A DNA stretch of 62,349 nucleotides, counting the filler, from Scyliorhinus canicula (taxonomy: Eukaryota): NCBI RefSeq assembly GCF_902713615.1. It is 4 parts of 4 records of this genome, joined end to end, with 100 filler letters (N's around TTAATTAATTAA, not from the genome) between each part and the next. Parts side by side here need not be neighbours in the genome. Positions count along the whole stretch, not along the records: positions 1 to 24,158 come from NW_024055451.1; positions 24,259 to 45,027 come from NW_024055498.1; 2 more parts are not named here. One strand, given 5' to 3'. A model generated the notes under the pieces. It was not told the origin of the DNA. It saw only the letters and a program-made list of their open reading frames with translations, and searched no databases. Shown here piece by piece: positions 12,061 to 24,259 of this stretch. The translations under genes and the position numbers were made by a program. Numbering within the stretch: position 1 is the stretch's first letter; each line of letters starts with the position of its first letter.

Positions 12061-15000
12061 GTAAGTGTTGTGGAGCCTGTGAGAAATAGAAAACCTATGA
12101 TTACCTTATATAGGGTCTTGGATATAACTCATTTGTAATACTCTGCATATTCCTGATCCCTGGAAAATCCAGCTTAGTGTCTATTGACCACAAACATTTT
12201 TTAAGTATATCAACTCATTTTGTTTATCAATTTCTTCTGCAAGAAATATCTCATTGTGTTTCTTGAAGGTCCCAGAATTTATGCTCCAAATGTTCTCCTC
12301 ACCGTGAGTTCCAGTGAAGAAATCACAAGACAGAAATTTGCAACCATCGTCTGTTCAATCAACGATTTCCATCCAAAGTCAATGACGGTGAAGTGGCTGA
12401 AGAATGGACAAGCCATGGGTTCAGGAATTGTCACCTCTCCCGCCTGTGAAGTTAACGGGAACTTCTCAGCGAGCAGTCGGCTGACAGTCTCCGCTGGGGA
12501 ATGGTTCAGCAAAGCGGTCTATACCTGCCAGGTCATTCATCAAGAGGTCACCCAAGGTCACAACATCACCGCGTCTGGTAAGAGACACAAACAGAGGAAA
12601 CAATAAATCATCCTGCACTCTGATGTTAATCAAAATCAGGAATTTATTAAAATCAGTACAAAGCACAGAATAACTTCTAATTTATTGCCATGTAGTTTGT
12701 GTTTCATTCTGATGTAAGAGCTGCATTAGGCTTGCTCACCATTCAGGATTTGATCAGCAGAGAAATAAATGTTTCCCTCTAATTTGAAGTCATTTAGTGA
12801 GTGAGGTGGATTTGATATCAGCCTTATCCTGAGACAGCTGATTATATTTGAGAGGCAGTGGGTGTCTGAACCCCTTTATTGATAACAGCTCCAAGGAAAA
12901 TTGTTGGAAAGTTAATTCAACCTATTTATAAATCAGCCTTCCGTATTAGGTTTCCGAGATCAGGATTGGAATATTTGTATTGGGAATGCTGCAATACTCG
13001 TTCATTAGAATGCCATTGTTGCTGCCTGTATTTCACAATGAGAATCGTTTAAGATGACCAAACTGGTTTTCCATTGTGTACAGAAGATTAATGGTGATCA
13101 TTAGAAGTTTCGAAGTTGATTTATTCCCATTGAGTGAGTGAAGGCTGAATCCTTCTGTCCTGATTCTGAAGATGAAACTTGTGTTGATTTTCATGTTTTG
13201 ATTCACAGATCCTTCTGATTGTATTACCGCCTCAGTAACAATACTGCCACCACCAATAGAACAGGTCTTACTGGAGGCGACTGTAACCTTAACCTGCGTC
13301 ATTTCGAATGCTCCTTATGGAGTCAACGTGTCCTGGAGTGAAGCGAAGAAGCCGCTGAAATCAGAGATTGCCGACCAGCCTGGAGCAGATACTGAGAGCG
13401 TGGTCAGCAAATTAAACATCTCGACACAAGCCTGGCTGAGTGGGGCTGTGTTTGACTGTGTGGCGAGCCATCAGGACCTGCCAACTCCTTTAAGATTTTC
13501 AATCCACAAAAAAATAGGTGAGCGGTGAAACTGAAGCAATAAGTGAGTCATTGTGTCTATTTCCATGTCAGCGGTCAGTATTTAGTATTCAGTGTATTTA
13601 TGGTCCATTCTGATTGGTAATTCCACGACTAAAAATTTTGGGCCTGTTGATCTTAAGGGGGAAATTGCTACGTAGATGAAGGAACAATGAATTAAAAGCA
13701 GTGATATGGGGTTTAGACGGAGCTAGACCAATGGCCACAAGACGTAGGAGCAGACATAGGCCATTCAGCCCAACAACACTGATCCAGCCTTCAATGAGAT
13801 CATAACTGATCTGATGTGATGATCTTCAACTCCTCTTTCCCGCCTTCTCCCGCTGTTACCAGACACCTAAACGACCCTCTTACGGACTGACCTCATTAAC
13901 ACTACACCTCTGTATGCTTCACCCGATGCCGATGTTAAGTAGTTACATTGTGTACCTTATGTTGCCCTGTTATGTATTTTATTTTATTTCCCTTTCTTTT
14001 CATGTACTGAATGATCTGTTGAGCTGCTCGCAGAAAAATACTTTTCACTGTACCTCGGTACACGTGACAATAAACAAAATCCAATCCCATATCTCTCATT
14101 GGTTGAAAATATGTCTCTCTCAACCTTGAACATACTGAACAACCCAGAGTCTACAGCCCCCTGGGTTAAATAATTCTACAGCTCCCCGACGCTCTGAGAG
14201 AGGAAATTCCTTCTCATCTCTGTCTGAAATGGGCGAACATTGACTTTGTGATCCTGCACTCTGGTCCGAGATGCTCCCACAAGGGAAAACAATCTCACAG
14301 CGACTAGACTCCGAAGCTCCCTGAGAATCTTTCATGTCTCGATTAGGCCGCCTTCATTCTTCTAAACTCCAATCAGTCCAGGCCCAGCCTACTTAACCTC
14401 TCCCTGTAAGAAAATCCCTCCATCCCTCGTGATCCTTCTCTAGACTGCCTTCAAAACCAATCTGTCTTCCTTAGGTAAGGGCACGAAAACTATTCAAAGT
14501 ATATCAGGTGTAGTCTAACTTGTCTAACCAGTCTAACTTTGTATAGTTTGAGCCAGACATCCCCATGTTTATATTCTATTCCCTTTGAAATAAATGTCAA
14601 CATTCAATTTGTCTCCATATTACCTGCAGAACTTGCTTTGTGTGGTTTCTGCACGAGGGCCCCCAATCCCCCGTTACTTCAGCCTTCTTCAGTCTTTCTA
14701 CATCTAAATAATATTCCGTTATGTTCCTCCTCCTACCAAAGTGTCTAAACTCACATTTTCCTACATTATGTTCCATCTGCCAAGTTTTTACTCAGTAACT
14801 TAAGCCACCTCTGTCCCTCTCTAGATTTTCTGTAACCTCACCACTTGCCTTTATATTTTTGTCATCTCCAGCCGTGGGAATAGTACATTCATTTATTAAA
14901 CACAGTTTTGAAATTCATGTATATTACATCTACTGATTCCCCCTTCTCCAGCCTTCTCCTCGAACAAGGGCAATAAAGTTTTCAGGCATGATTTCCCCTT

Positions 15001-18000
15001 CACGAAGCCGTGCTGACTCTGTTTGATTATATTATGTATTTCGAAATGCTCAGCTATTGGATCTGTTATAATGGACTCGAACCGTTTTCAACTGACAAAT
15101 GTTAAGGTCCCTGGCCTGTAGTTACCTGTTTTTGTCTCCCTCCCTTTTGAATAAGGGTGTCACATTGGCAGTTTTCTAATCCTCTTGGGGTAAGGTGGGA
15201 GGAGCCTGGTGTGGAGTTTAGACACCAGCACAGAATAGTTGTGCCGAATGGCCTGTTCCCCTGCTGTACACTTTCTGAAACTTTCGAATCCAATATCCGT
15301 AAATTCTCAGGGAAAAGGATTGTGTCCACCTCTGCTCCGAGCTGGGAAACCGGACAGATCCCAAAGTGGGAAATGGAAACCTTTAAAATCCAACACAAAA
15401 CACATTTCTCCCACATCTAACCCGCGGTTCCATTGTCTCCGGAATTCCCCATTTTATTGACATTTATTGTACATTTTCTGCAGATCCCAACCCGCGGGAA
15501 CCGTCCGTCTCTGTCCTCCTGCCCTCGGCTGAAGACGTCTCCGCTCAGAGATTCGTCTCCCTCAACTGCTTAGTGAGAGGTTTCTCCCCCCGAGAGATCT
15601 TCGTCAAGTGGACCGTCAATGACAAGCCGGTGAATCCCGGGAACTACAAGAACACCGAGGTGATGGCGGAGAACGGCAATAGCTCCTTCTTCATGTACAG
15701 CCTGTTATCCATTGCAGCGGAGGAGTGGGCCAGCGGCGCTTCTTACTCCTGTGTGGTGGGACATGAAGCCATCCCCTTGAAGATCATCAACAGAACGGTT
15801 GATAAATCCAGCGGTAAACCCAGTTTTGTGAACATTTCCCTCGCTCTGATGGACACCGTTAATTCATGTCAATGAGAATCTAATGGTTATATTTCGAACT
15901 AAAATAAAAATAATAAAGGTTTTTTCCTCCAATTGTGATTTAAATACACAACCGCTTAATTAATGGCGCTTCCACTTTGCTGATATTAGATCTGTTCAAT
16001 GAGACCCGGATTTCTACAGGTCTCAGCCCCAAGTCTGATACAACCAGTGCTCCCAGCTCAGATACACCCTGGGTTAGAGACAGAGTAAAACTCATTCATT
16101 CCAGGATTCAGCAAAATATCTTCATTGACTTTCCTCCCGCTGAGGAGAAATCGGGCACTTTCCCATTTCAGACAAACAAACCCATTACATTTAGATCTCG
16201 GTGTTCCTGCTTCTCTCATTGTCCATCCCTTTAAAATTAATGTCAGCTTTAAGTTGCTGTGTCACAACCACTGCAATCTGAATTGAGGGTCACACAGAAA
16301 CATGGACCAACAATCCCCTGTCAATGAGAGGGCAAAGTGAAATTGTTAATCCACTGTAACCGCACTTCACCAACACAGAGAAGGGGAGGGGCATTAGTTA
16401 ATCCACTGTAACCCCCGCTTCCCCAACAGAGATGGGGAGGGGCATTAGTTAATCCACTGTAACCCCCGCTTCCCCAACAGAGATGGGGAGGGGCATTAGT
16501 TAATCCACTGTACCCCCACTTCACCAACAAAGAGGGGGAGGGGCATTAGTTATTCCACTGTACCCCCACTTCCTCAACAGAGGGAGGGGGAGGGGCATTA
16601 GTTAATCCACTGTACCCCCACTTCACCAACAAAGAGGGGGAGGGGCATTAGTTATTCCACTGTATCCCCACTTCCCCAATAGAGAGAGGGGGAGGGGCAT
16701 TAGTTAATGCACTGTACCCCCACTTCCTCAACAGAGGGAGGGGAGGGGCATTAGTTAATCCACTGTACCCCCACTTCCCCAAAAGAGAGAGGGGAGGGGC
16801 ATTAGTTAATCCACTGTAACCCTATTCCACAGCAAAGAGAGGAAGAGGAGCATTACTTAATGCATTGTACCGGCACTTCCCAGGCAAAGAGAGGGGGAGG
16901 GGCATTAGTTAACACACTGTACCTCCACTTCCACAGCAACGAGAGGGGTAGGGGCATTAGTTAACACACTGTACCCCCACTTCCCAGGCAAAGAGAGGGG
17001 TAGGGGCATTAGTTAACACACTGTACCCTCACTTCCCCAACAAAGAGACGGTGGGGCCTGAGTAATCCATTATACCCCTGCTTCCAACAATGAGTGGAGC
17101 GGCATTATTTAATCCATTGTACCCACACTGCCCCAACAAAGAGAGCAAAGGGGCAATACTAACTCATTTTACCTCCACTTTCCCGACCAAAAGAGGAGGA
17201 AGGTGACGAGTGAACTCTCTGTATCTCCACCTCCAGCAGGGAGAACCCAAAGGCAATTTGCTGAGCTAACCAGAGAGAGGGAGATTATTAACTCAATATC
17301 TTCCCAGTCCCCAAGCAGAGAGTTTGGAAGTAAACCGTTCACTAGACGACGAAATCAGTTACTGAAATGACAAGACGGCATGTAGCTTACTGGCTGAAGG
17401 GTTTAAAAGACCATCATGATAAAGATGTTCTTAAAGTATCTATTTATGCAACAGAATTTTTTAGCACCCTTGCCCCTCTTATCCGTATGCTGAGACCGAT
17501 TCCCCAGAATCCAAATCCAGACTGGTGATTGAATTCTCGCTGGGTTTTCACTGTTCTCTCCTGAGGCACCTCCTTGTATTTTTGCATTCGGTCACCTGAT
17601 GTCAGCTTGCAACTCACACAAAACACATTTATATGCAGAAAGTTCAACATATTCTACATCGGTACCAATAATACCCACAACTGGCAAAGCTACAGGCAGC
17701 TGATACAAATACACAGACAGATAAACAGACACAGACACTACACACACATGCACACAGACCCACAAACACACACACGCTCACACGTAGACACAATCACACA
17801 CATGGACACACACATAGAAACACATGCATAAACATACACCCAGGCACAACGAACCACACATATTTTGACACAAAACACACGCAAACGTGCGCAAAAATTC
17901 ACAAACATGCACATAAACACAAACAACCCACATTTATACAGAGACAGGAACACGTCTACATCCACACATACACACACTAACCCACACACACAAGCGGCTA

Positions 18001-19846
18001 CACAAATGTACACAAACAGACACATACAGCCACATGTCCACACAGATACACAAACATATAAAACCAGGCAAGCAGGCTGACAGAAGAATATTAAACACAA
18101 ATGTAACCAATAACATATACATTAGCAGAATTTCACGATGACAGAAATATTTCCATTCAGAGACAATAATCCACATTAACACACTAATGGGCTCACGCCG
18201 ACACATATTAGCAGACTTGTACACATGCTAACACGAACACATATCAATACACATAGAATCATCAATACACATCAATAGATGGTTATAAACAACCATCAAT
18301 GCATAAACAGCACTACTGCCTCACAGCGCCATAAACCCGGGATCAATTCCAGCCTTGGGTGACTGTGTGGTGTTCCGACGTTCTCCCGTGTCTGTTCCTG
18401 TTTCCTACGGGTGCTCCGGTTTCCTCCCACAGTCCAAAGATGTGCACGTTCGGTGGATTGGCCATGCTGTATTACCCCTTAGTGCCCACAATGTTAGGTG
18501 GGGTTACCAGGTTCTGGGGACAGGGCAGGGGCATGAGTCCAGGGAGGGTGCTCTTTCCGAGGGTCGGTGCAGACTCTTGCAGAATGGCCTCGTTCGGCAC
18601 AGTCGGGATTATACGATGATGATTCTATGATGAAATACACGCATCAACAAACACACACACACACACAAACGCACTTATCCAGACACAAACATTAAGACAA
18701 TGACATGCATGTTGAACGTATAAAGACACATTAACACTTTTATTACTGGGCAGGGAAGTATAAACTTATATTAACACAGGCATTAATATATAAACATAGA
18801 CTTCAACACACAAACACACAATAAAACACTCATAAATACACATTGATTTAAGATAAATTTACACACAGGCGCTGACACACAAATCAATACTCATTGACAC
18901 TTATTTTTTTTAAATTTAGGGTAGCCAATTATTTTTTCCAATTAAGGGGCAATTTAGCATGGCCAACCCACCTAACCTGCACGTCTTTGGGTTGTGGGGG
19001 TGAAACGCACGCAGACACGGGGAGAACGTGCAAACTCCACACGGACAGTGACCCAGGGCCGGGATTCGATCCCGGGTCCTCATCGCCGTAGGCAGCGATG
19101 CTAATCACTGTGTCACCGTGCTGCCCTACAATGATACTTATAAAGACATCAGGACACACAAACGAAGAGTAAAGAAACACGAATTTCGCATCTCCACAGA
19201 CACAAAAGCTAAAGAACAAACACAAACGTCAGGCAAGGGCGGCACGGTGACGCAATGGTTAGCACTGCTGCCTCACGATCCCGTTCCTGGGTCTGTGTCC
19301 CTGTGGAGTTTCTCCATGACCCGTGGGTCTCACCCCGACAACCCAATGATGTGCAAGCTAGGTGGATTGGCCATGCTAACTTGCCCCTTAATTGGAAGAA
19401 AAAAGTTACAGAGATCGATTTCTGAGTGTCATGAACTCAACAGTAGATATGCAATGACAAATATATTAAAGAATGAATTAGCAGAGGGAGAAAATGAAAC
19501 GAGAATATTAAAAACAAAACGTGTATTAACAAACAATCTGATTATATTTATTGGGCTCTATCCCTGTAGATACCACAGACCACACCTGGACTGAAGAAAA
19601 TGAGGATGATAACGGGAACATCTGGACAACCGCTTCCACATTCATCACCCTGTTCGTCCTGAGCATTTCCTACAGCGCTGCAGTCACTCTGGTGAAGGTG
19701 AGAAGATTCAATCCACTCACACTTCAAACTGACAGAAGGTGTTTAAAACATCTCGAAATGTTTGATTGATTAAAAACTCTAACATCAATGTCCCAGATCA
19801 TACACATCTGCTTCATTATTTTCTCTCTCTTTTACAGATCAAGTGA
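11761..19846 (+). CDS. IGHM: IgM heavy-chain constant region, copy 1 (CH1-CH4, secretory tail, TM1, TM2), intact
   Basis: Four phase-1 C1-set exons with canonical splice sites, IgM secretory tailpiece with penultimate Cys, CART-type TM; no stops or frameshifts. Confidence 0.96.
12269..12577 (+). CDS. IGHM: Cmu2 exon, copy 1
   Basis: ag|GT CCC AGA...TCT G|gtaaga, 309 nt; [13 protein letters not shown]...WLKNG...YTCQVIH. Confidence 0.95.
13209..13517 (+). CDS. IGHM: Cmu3 exon, copy 1
   Basis: cag|AT CCT...ATA G|gtgagc, 309 nt; [17 protein letters not shown]...[13 protein letters not shown]. Confidence 0.95.
15484..15875 (+). CDS. IGHM: Cmu4 exon plus secretory tailpiece, copy 1 (membrane-form donor after 15813)
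   Basis: cag|AT CCC; [15 protein letters not shown]...[11 protein letters not shown]...KSSG|[19 protein letters not shown]; internal donor AGCG|gtaaac. Confidence 0.96.
15902..15907 (+). terminator. Polyadenylation signal, secreted IgM copy 1
   Basis: AATAAA 26 nt after the stop, with a second copy just downstream. Confidence 0.75.
16330..17160 (+). repeat. Tandem repeat of about 52-55 bp (ggggaggggcattagttaatccactgtacccccacttc...) in the CH4-TM intron
   Basis: About 14 visible units; a shorter homologous array lies at about 34730-35040. Confidence 0.9.
17700..18270. repeat. CA-rich low-complexity tract (homologue at about 35580-36170)
   Basis: Visible degenerate (CA)n. Confidence 0.85.
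18305..18630 (+). mobile_element. HE1-like shark SINE (orthologous copy at about 36190-36500)
   Basis: tRNA-like head and V-domain core ggtttcctcccacagtccaaagatgtgc..ggtggattggccatgct. Confidence 0.8.
18904..19126 (-). mobile_element. HE1-like SINE, specific to copy 1
   Basis: Reverse-complement core tagcatggccaacccacctaacctgcac; absent at the homologous site near 36780. Confidence 0.8.
19570..19697 (+). CDS. IGHM: IgM TM1 exon, copy 1
   Basis: tag|AT ACC...GTG AAG|gtgaga; acidic spacer [35 protein letters not shown] (CART motif). Confidence 0.95.
19838..19846 (+). CDS. IGHM: IgM TM2 exon, copy 1 (IK*)
   Basis: Polypyrimidine tract, tacag|ATC AAG TGA; gives a KIK cytoplasmic tail equivalent to KVK. 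Confidence 0.9.
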   Translation: MK

Positions 19847-20251
19847 TCGGTTGACGTTCGGACGCTGTAGATTTTCCTCAGCTGTTTATTATGATCTCTG
19901 TGTGACAGAAATACAATATCTCCTCTTGGTGACTCTAACAGTAAAATTCTCTCCGTTTATTATTCTGCATCTGTAACTGAGACAATCATGGACAGTATTT
20001 CTGCTTTTCAGTTTAAAATGTACGAGATAATTTTGGCTGTAATGTAATTGTAGTTAATAATTTCCCTCAATGTCATGTCTAAATAAGTAATTTATCTCGG
20101 ATCTTATTCACAACTGTTTCCTTCCCTTTATGTTCAGCTCCTGTTCTCTCTTGTGTCTGTTACAGTTGTACATACATTTGGCAGCTCAGAGGGCGTGTGT
20201 TCTGTTATCACTGTGACCCTCAATCGTTATGTTCCCTTTTGTAAACATCAA

Positions 20252-20257
20252 AATAAA
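20252..20257 (+). terminator. Candidate polyadenylation signal, membrane IgM copy 1 (homologue 37922-37927)
   Basis: AATAAA conserved in both copies about 400 nt after TM2. Confidence 0.5.
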
Positions 20258-21656
20258 TCTTTGTGTAATATTTTCGCTGAAATTTTAATAAATATTGAAT
20301 CAAAAATGAAAAAATAAGACTAATCTGAACTCCTTTCTCTCAGGTCCATCGGCACTGATCCTTTTCGCCGATTATACAGTTTTCTCCCCTTTCCCAGACA
20401 GATATTTCTCACCAGTCCTGTCTGGGATGTGTCTGAACTCAAGGCCCCTCAGTGAAAGAGCGACTGCGCCACCAAGCGGCCAATCCGGGATAAGACACCT
20501 TCACCTTTGCCTTTTTATGGTAAACTCCAGAGACAGAATGATTGCACAGCTGAAGAATTCCACAGATTCACTACCCTCCGATGCAAGAATGCTTCCTCGT
20601 CTCTGTCCTAAATTTGAGACTCCTTACTCTGAGATTATGCCCTCAGACTGTCCCACAAGAGGAAACAAGATGATTTTTCAGGCTGTGAAACTGGCTAAAG
20701 CTCTTTCCACAGTCAGTTCACTGGAACACTCTCACTCGGGTGTGTGTGTGTCTCGGGGCTTTTCCAGTCACACTGATGTTTGAAATCTCTTCCCACAGTC
20801 AGAACAGACAAACACATTGACAGTTTGTGATATGTAGGTCCTAATGAATTGAGTGACTGTCAGATCTCGATGTTATATTTGGATTAAGTTGCCCAGCTGC
20901 CAATCCTCCCGTTCTAATGCCTGAAAAATAAGTTTACAAAAATGATCACTGTGCTCACTAAGAATGTGATAGAAATTCACAACAGATCATTCTAGTTTAT
21001 ATCGAACCTTCTTTCCTCTCTTGCTTTCCCCAAGCATGTGGTCCAGTCAAAATAAAAGACCAAAATCAGCTGGAAGTCCCAACAAAAGTGTAGGGAACCT
21101 TCCTAACTGAACCAGAATATTGTTCCCAGTGTCTCTGAAACACTCTGTCCGCTGAGGTATCCACTTGGTGTGGAAGGTGTCAAACATTCCGGTGGATACC
21201 ACATGCTCCCTCTGCAGGGCCACTGGGAATAGACAAGTCCACGGAACAGAAGTCGGCTGCCAGAGTAACCCCCCCCCCCCCCCTAATAATAATATTTACT
21301 GTCACAAGTAGGCTTATCAGCCATGATTGAATGGAGGAACAGACTCGATGGACCAAATTGCCTAATTCTACTCCTATGTCTTATGGTCATATGAGAAGCT
21401 TCAGAGACTCATGAGAATTATTTGTGTCTAAAAACCTTCACTCCAACTAAAGAATCAGCTCAATAAGAGGATAACAGACCTGCAGCGATATAAAGATTAC
21501 AGTCTACATTCCATGTTCATCATCACAGCTTCAACTTGACCTGTACCTAATTTCTGTGTATGTCAGTGAGTGAAAGAGCCGAGAGACTTAGATGCTCAAA
21601 CATCCAGGGAAAGGTTGTGAAAATAAATAACCTTTATTCCTTTAAAAATCACCAGT

Positions 21657-23922
21657 TACAGGGTTCACCGCTTGGGTAAAGCTCCTATACAATGCTCCCA
21701 TGGCGAGTGTACGGACCAACAATACCAACTCCCAATACTTCCAGCTGCACAGGGGCACCAGACAAGGATGCCCACTGTCCCCGCTGCTGTTCGCACTAGC
21801 AATCGAACCGCTAGCAATCACGCTCAGGGCAGCAAAAGATTGGAGGGGGATCCGAAGGGGAGGTAGAGAGTACAGAGTCTCACTCTATGCGGACAATCTG
21901 CTCCTCTATATCTCGGACCCACAAAGCAGCATGGACGGAGTCATTGCGCTCCTGAAAGAGTTGGAGCCTTCTCGGGCTACAAACTCAACATGAGCAAAAG
22001 TGAGATCTTCCCAGTACACCCGCAAAGGGGGGGGGGGGGGGGGGGGGGGGCAGCACTAAAGGGGCTGCCGTTCAAACAAGCCTGACACAAATTCCACTAC
22101 CTGGGGATCCAAATAGCCCATGACTGGAAAGGGATCCACAAATGGAACCTCGCCAGCCTGACGGAGGAAGTTAAAAAGGACCTGCAAAGATGGAACACAC
22201 TCCCACTCTCCCTCGCAGGAAGAGTCCAGACGATCAAAATGAACGTACTGCCCAGGTTCCTCTTCCTGTTTAGATCCATTCTGATCTACATCCCCAAGGC
22301 CTTTTTCAAAGCGCTGGACAAACTTATCATGGCGTTCGTATGGGGGGGTAAAAATGCTAGGATCCCAAAGAAGGTCCTACAAAAAATACAATCCAGGGGG
22401 AGGCTAGCCCTCCCGAATCTACAATTCTACCACTGGGCGGCAACAGCCGAGCGAGTAAGGGGATGGATCCAGGAGCCAGAAGCTGAGTGGGTGCGTGCGG
22501 AGGAGGCCTCCTGCATGGGGACCTCCCTCCAGGCCCTCGCCACGGCAGCACTCCCATCCCCACCCAAAAAACATTCCAGCAGCCCAGTGGTGACAGCCAC
22601 CCTCCAATCCTGGAACCAACTGCGGCAGCAATTTGGCCTGACCAAAATGTCGGACAAGGCTCCCATCTGCAACAACCATAGGTTCACACCAGCACTGACT
22701 GACGCCACCTTCAAAAGGTGGAGGCAGGGCGGGGGGACACTGACAGTCAGGGACGTATACACGGACGACAGGATCGCAACACTGGATGAACTGACAGAGC
22801 AATTTCAGCTAGCTGGGGGGAACGAGCTACGGTACCTGCAGCTCAAAAACTTCCTAAGAAAGGAGACAAGGACGTACCCACAACCGCCACGACAGACCCT
22901 ACTGGAAGACCTACTGGACACAAGTATCCTAGAGACAGGGAACTGTAGTGACATGTATGACTGACTGGTGAAAGGGACGACACCGTACTGGACGCAACAA
23001 GAAGGAAATGGGAGGATGACCTGGGGATAGAGATAGGGTGGGGACTCTGGATGCGAAGCACTGCATAGGGTCAACTCCACCTCCACGTGCGCAAGGCTCA
23101 GCCTGACGCAACTAAAAGTGGTACATAGAGCCCACTTAACGAGAAACCGTATGAGCAGGTTCTTCCCGGAGGTGGAGGACAGATGTGAACGGTGCCAAAG
23201 AGGCCCGGCCAACCACGCCCACATATTCTGGTCTTGCCCCAGACTTGTGGATTACTGGACAGCCTTCTTCGAGGTTATGTCCAAAGTGGTGGGAGTGAGG
23301 GTGGAGCCATGCCCGATAGTGGCGGTCTTCGGGGTTTCAGACCAGCCAGATCTATTCCTGGGGAGGAGGGCGGACGCCCTTGCCTTTGCCTCCCTGATCG
23401 CCCGCCGTAGAATCCTGTTTGGCTGGCGGTCAGCTGCAGACTGGCTGTCCGACCTCTCGGAATCTCTCCAAATGGAGAAAATCAAATTCGCCATCCGAGG
23501 GTCAGACGACGGCTTCCATAGTACGTGGGAGCCATTCATGCAACTGTTCCGGGACCTGTTTGTGGCCAACGAACAAAGGAAGAATAGCCGGGTGGCCAAG
23601 AATCGGGGGAAAATGGACGGGAATCGGGGGAAGGTAGCCGGGGGGGGGGGGGGGGTTACAGGTTCGTTATGGGGGATTGATGGCAAGCTAAGGCCCAAAA
23701 CCAAACTATAAATAAATGCCTATAAACATGTGCCTCGGCCATATTGGATAATATAGAATGTAGAATATGTATGCTGGCTAAAGGGGGCGGCCACAATTGT
23801 TGTTATAAAGATGCTTACCTGTAAATATACATGTTAAATTTTTGTGTCTTTTTTTCTCTCTAACAATTTGTAACTTGTCATATATAAAACATGAAAACGC
23901 AATAAAAAACATTTATTAAAAA
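21657..23922 (+). mobile_element. 5'-truncated L1-clade LINE (ORF2 RT to C-terminus, 3' UTR, polyA), frameshifted
   Basis: RQGCPLSPLLFALAIEPLA and YADNLLL motifs, C-terminal CERC...H..W.C; A-tail; 13-bp TSD aaaaatcaccagt at 21644-21656 and 23923-23935. Confidence 0.92.
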
Positions 23923-24158
23923 AAAATCACCAGTAAGCCTGCTGCTGAAATGTATTTTAAATAAAGAAATATCACGCTGAGGGACAGAAAAATCACACAA
24001 ACATCCTGATAATGGACAGGAAACGACCACGAAATGTAATCACCGGTTGTTTAACCCCCTTCAGGTAGCTAGATAGAGGCTGCAGCCTCTCGCACTGAAT
24101 GTATCCGCGATACAGAGACACCTCCAGCCTGCAAACATCAGCTTCAGCCTGGGAATGG

Positions 24159-24258
24159 NNNNNNNNNNNNNNNNNNNNNNNNNNNNNNNNNNNNNNNNNN
24201 NNTTAATTAATTAANNNNNNNNNNNNNNNNNNNNNNNNNNNNNNNNNNNNNNNNNNNN
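24159..24258. other. Assembly gap (44N-TTAATTAATTAA-44N), true size unknown
   Basis: An identical spacer occurs at all three gaps. Confidence 0.98.
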
Positions 24259-24259
24259 G

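Noticed and set aside
15102-15460. Overlapping ORFs conserved between the two copies upstream of CH4
   Set aside because: Conservation follows from the near-identity of this intron segment; no domain or splice support.
24203-24214. TTAATTAATTAA palindrome (also 45072-45083 and 59320-59331)
   Set aside because: Artificial all-frame-stop spacer centred in each N gap.
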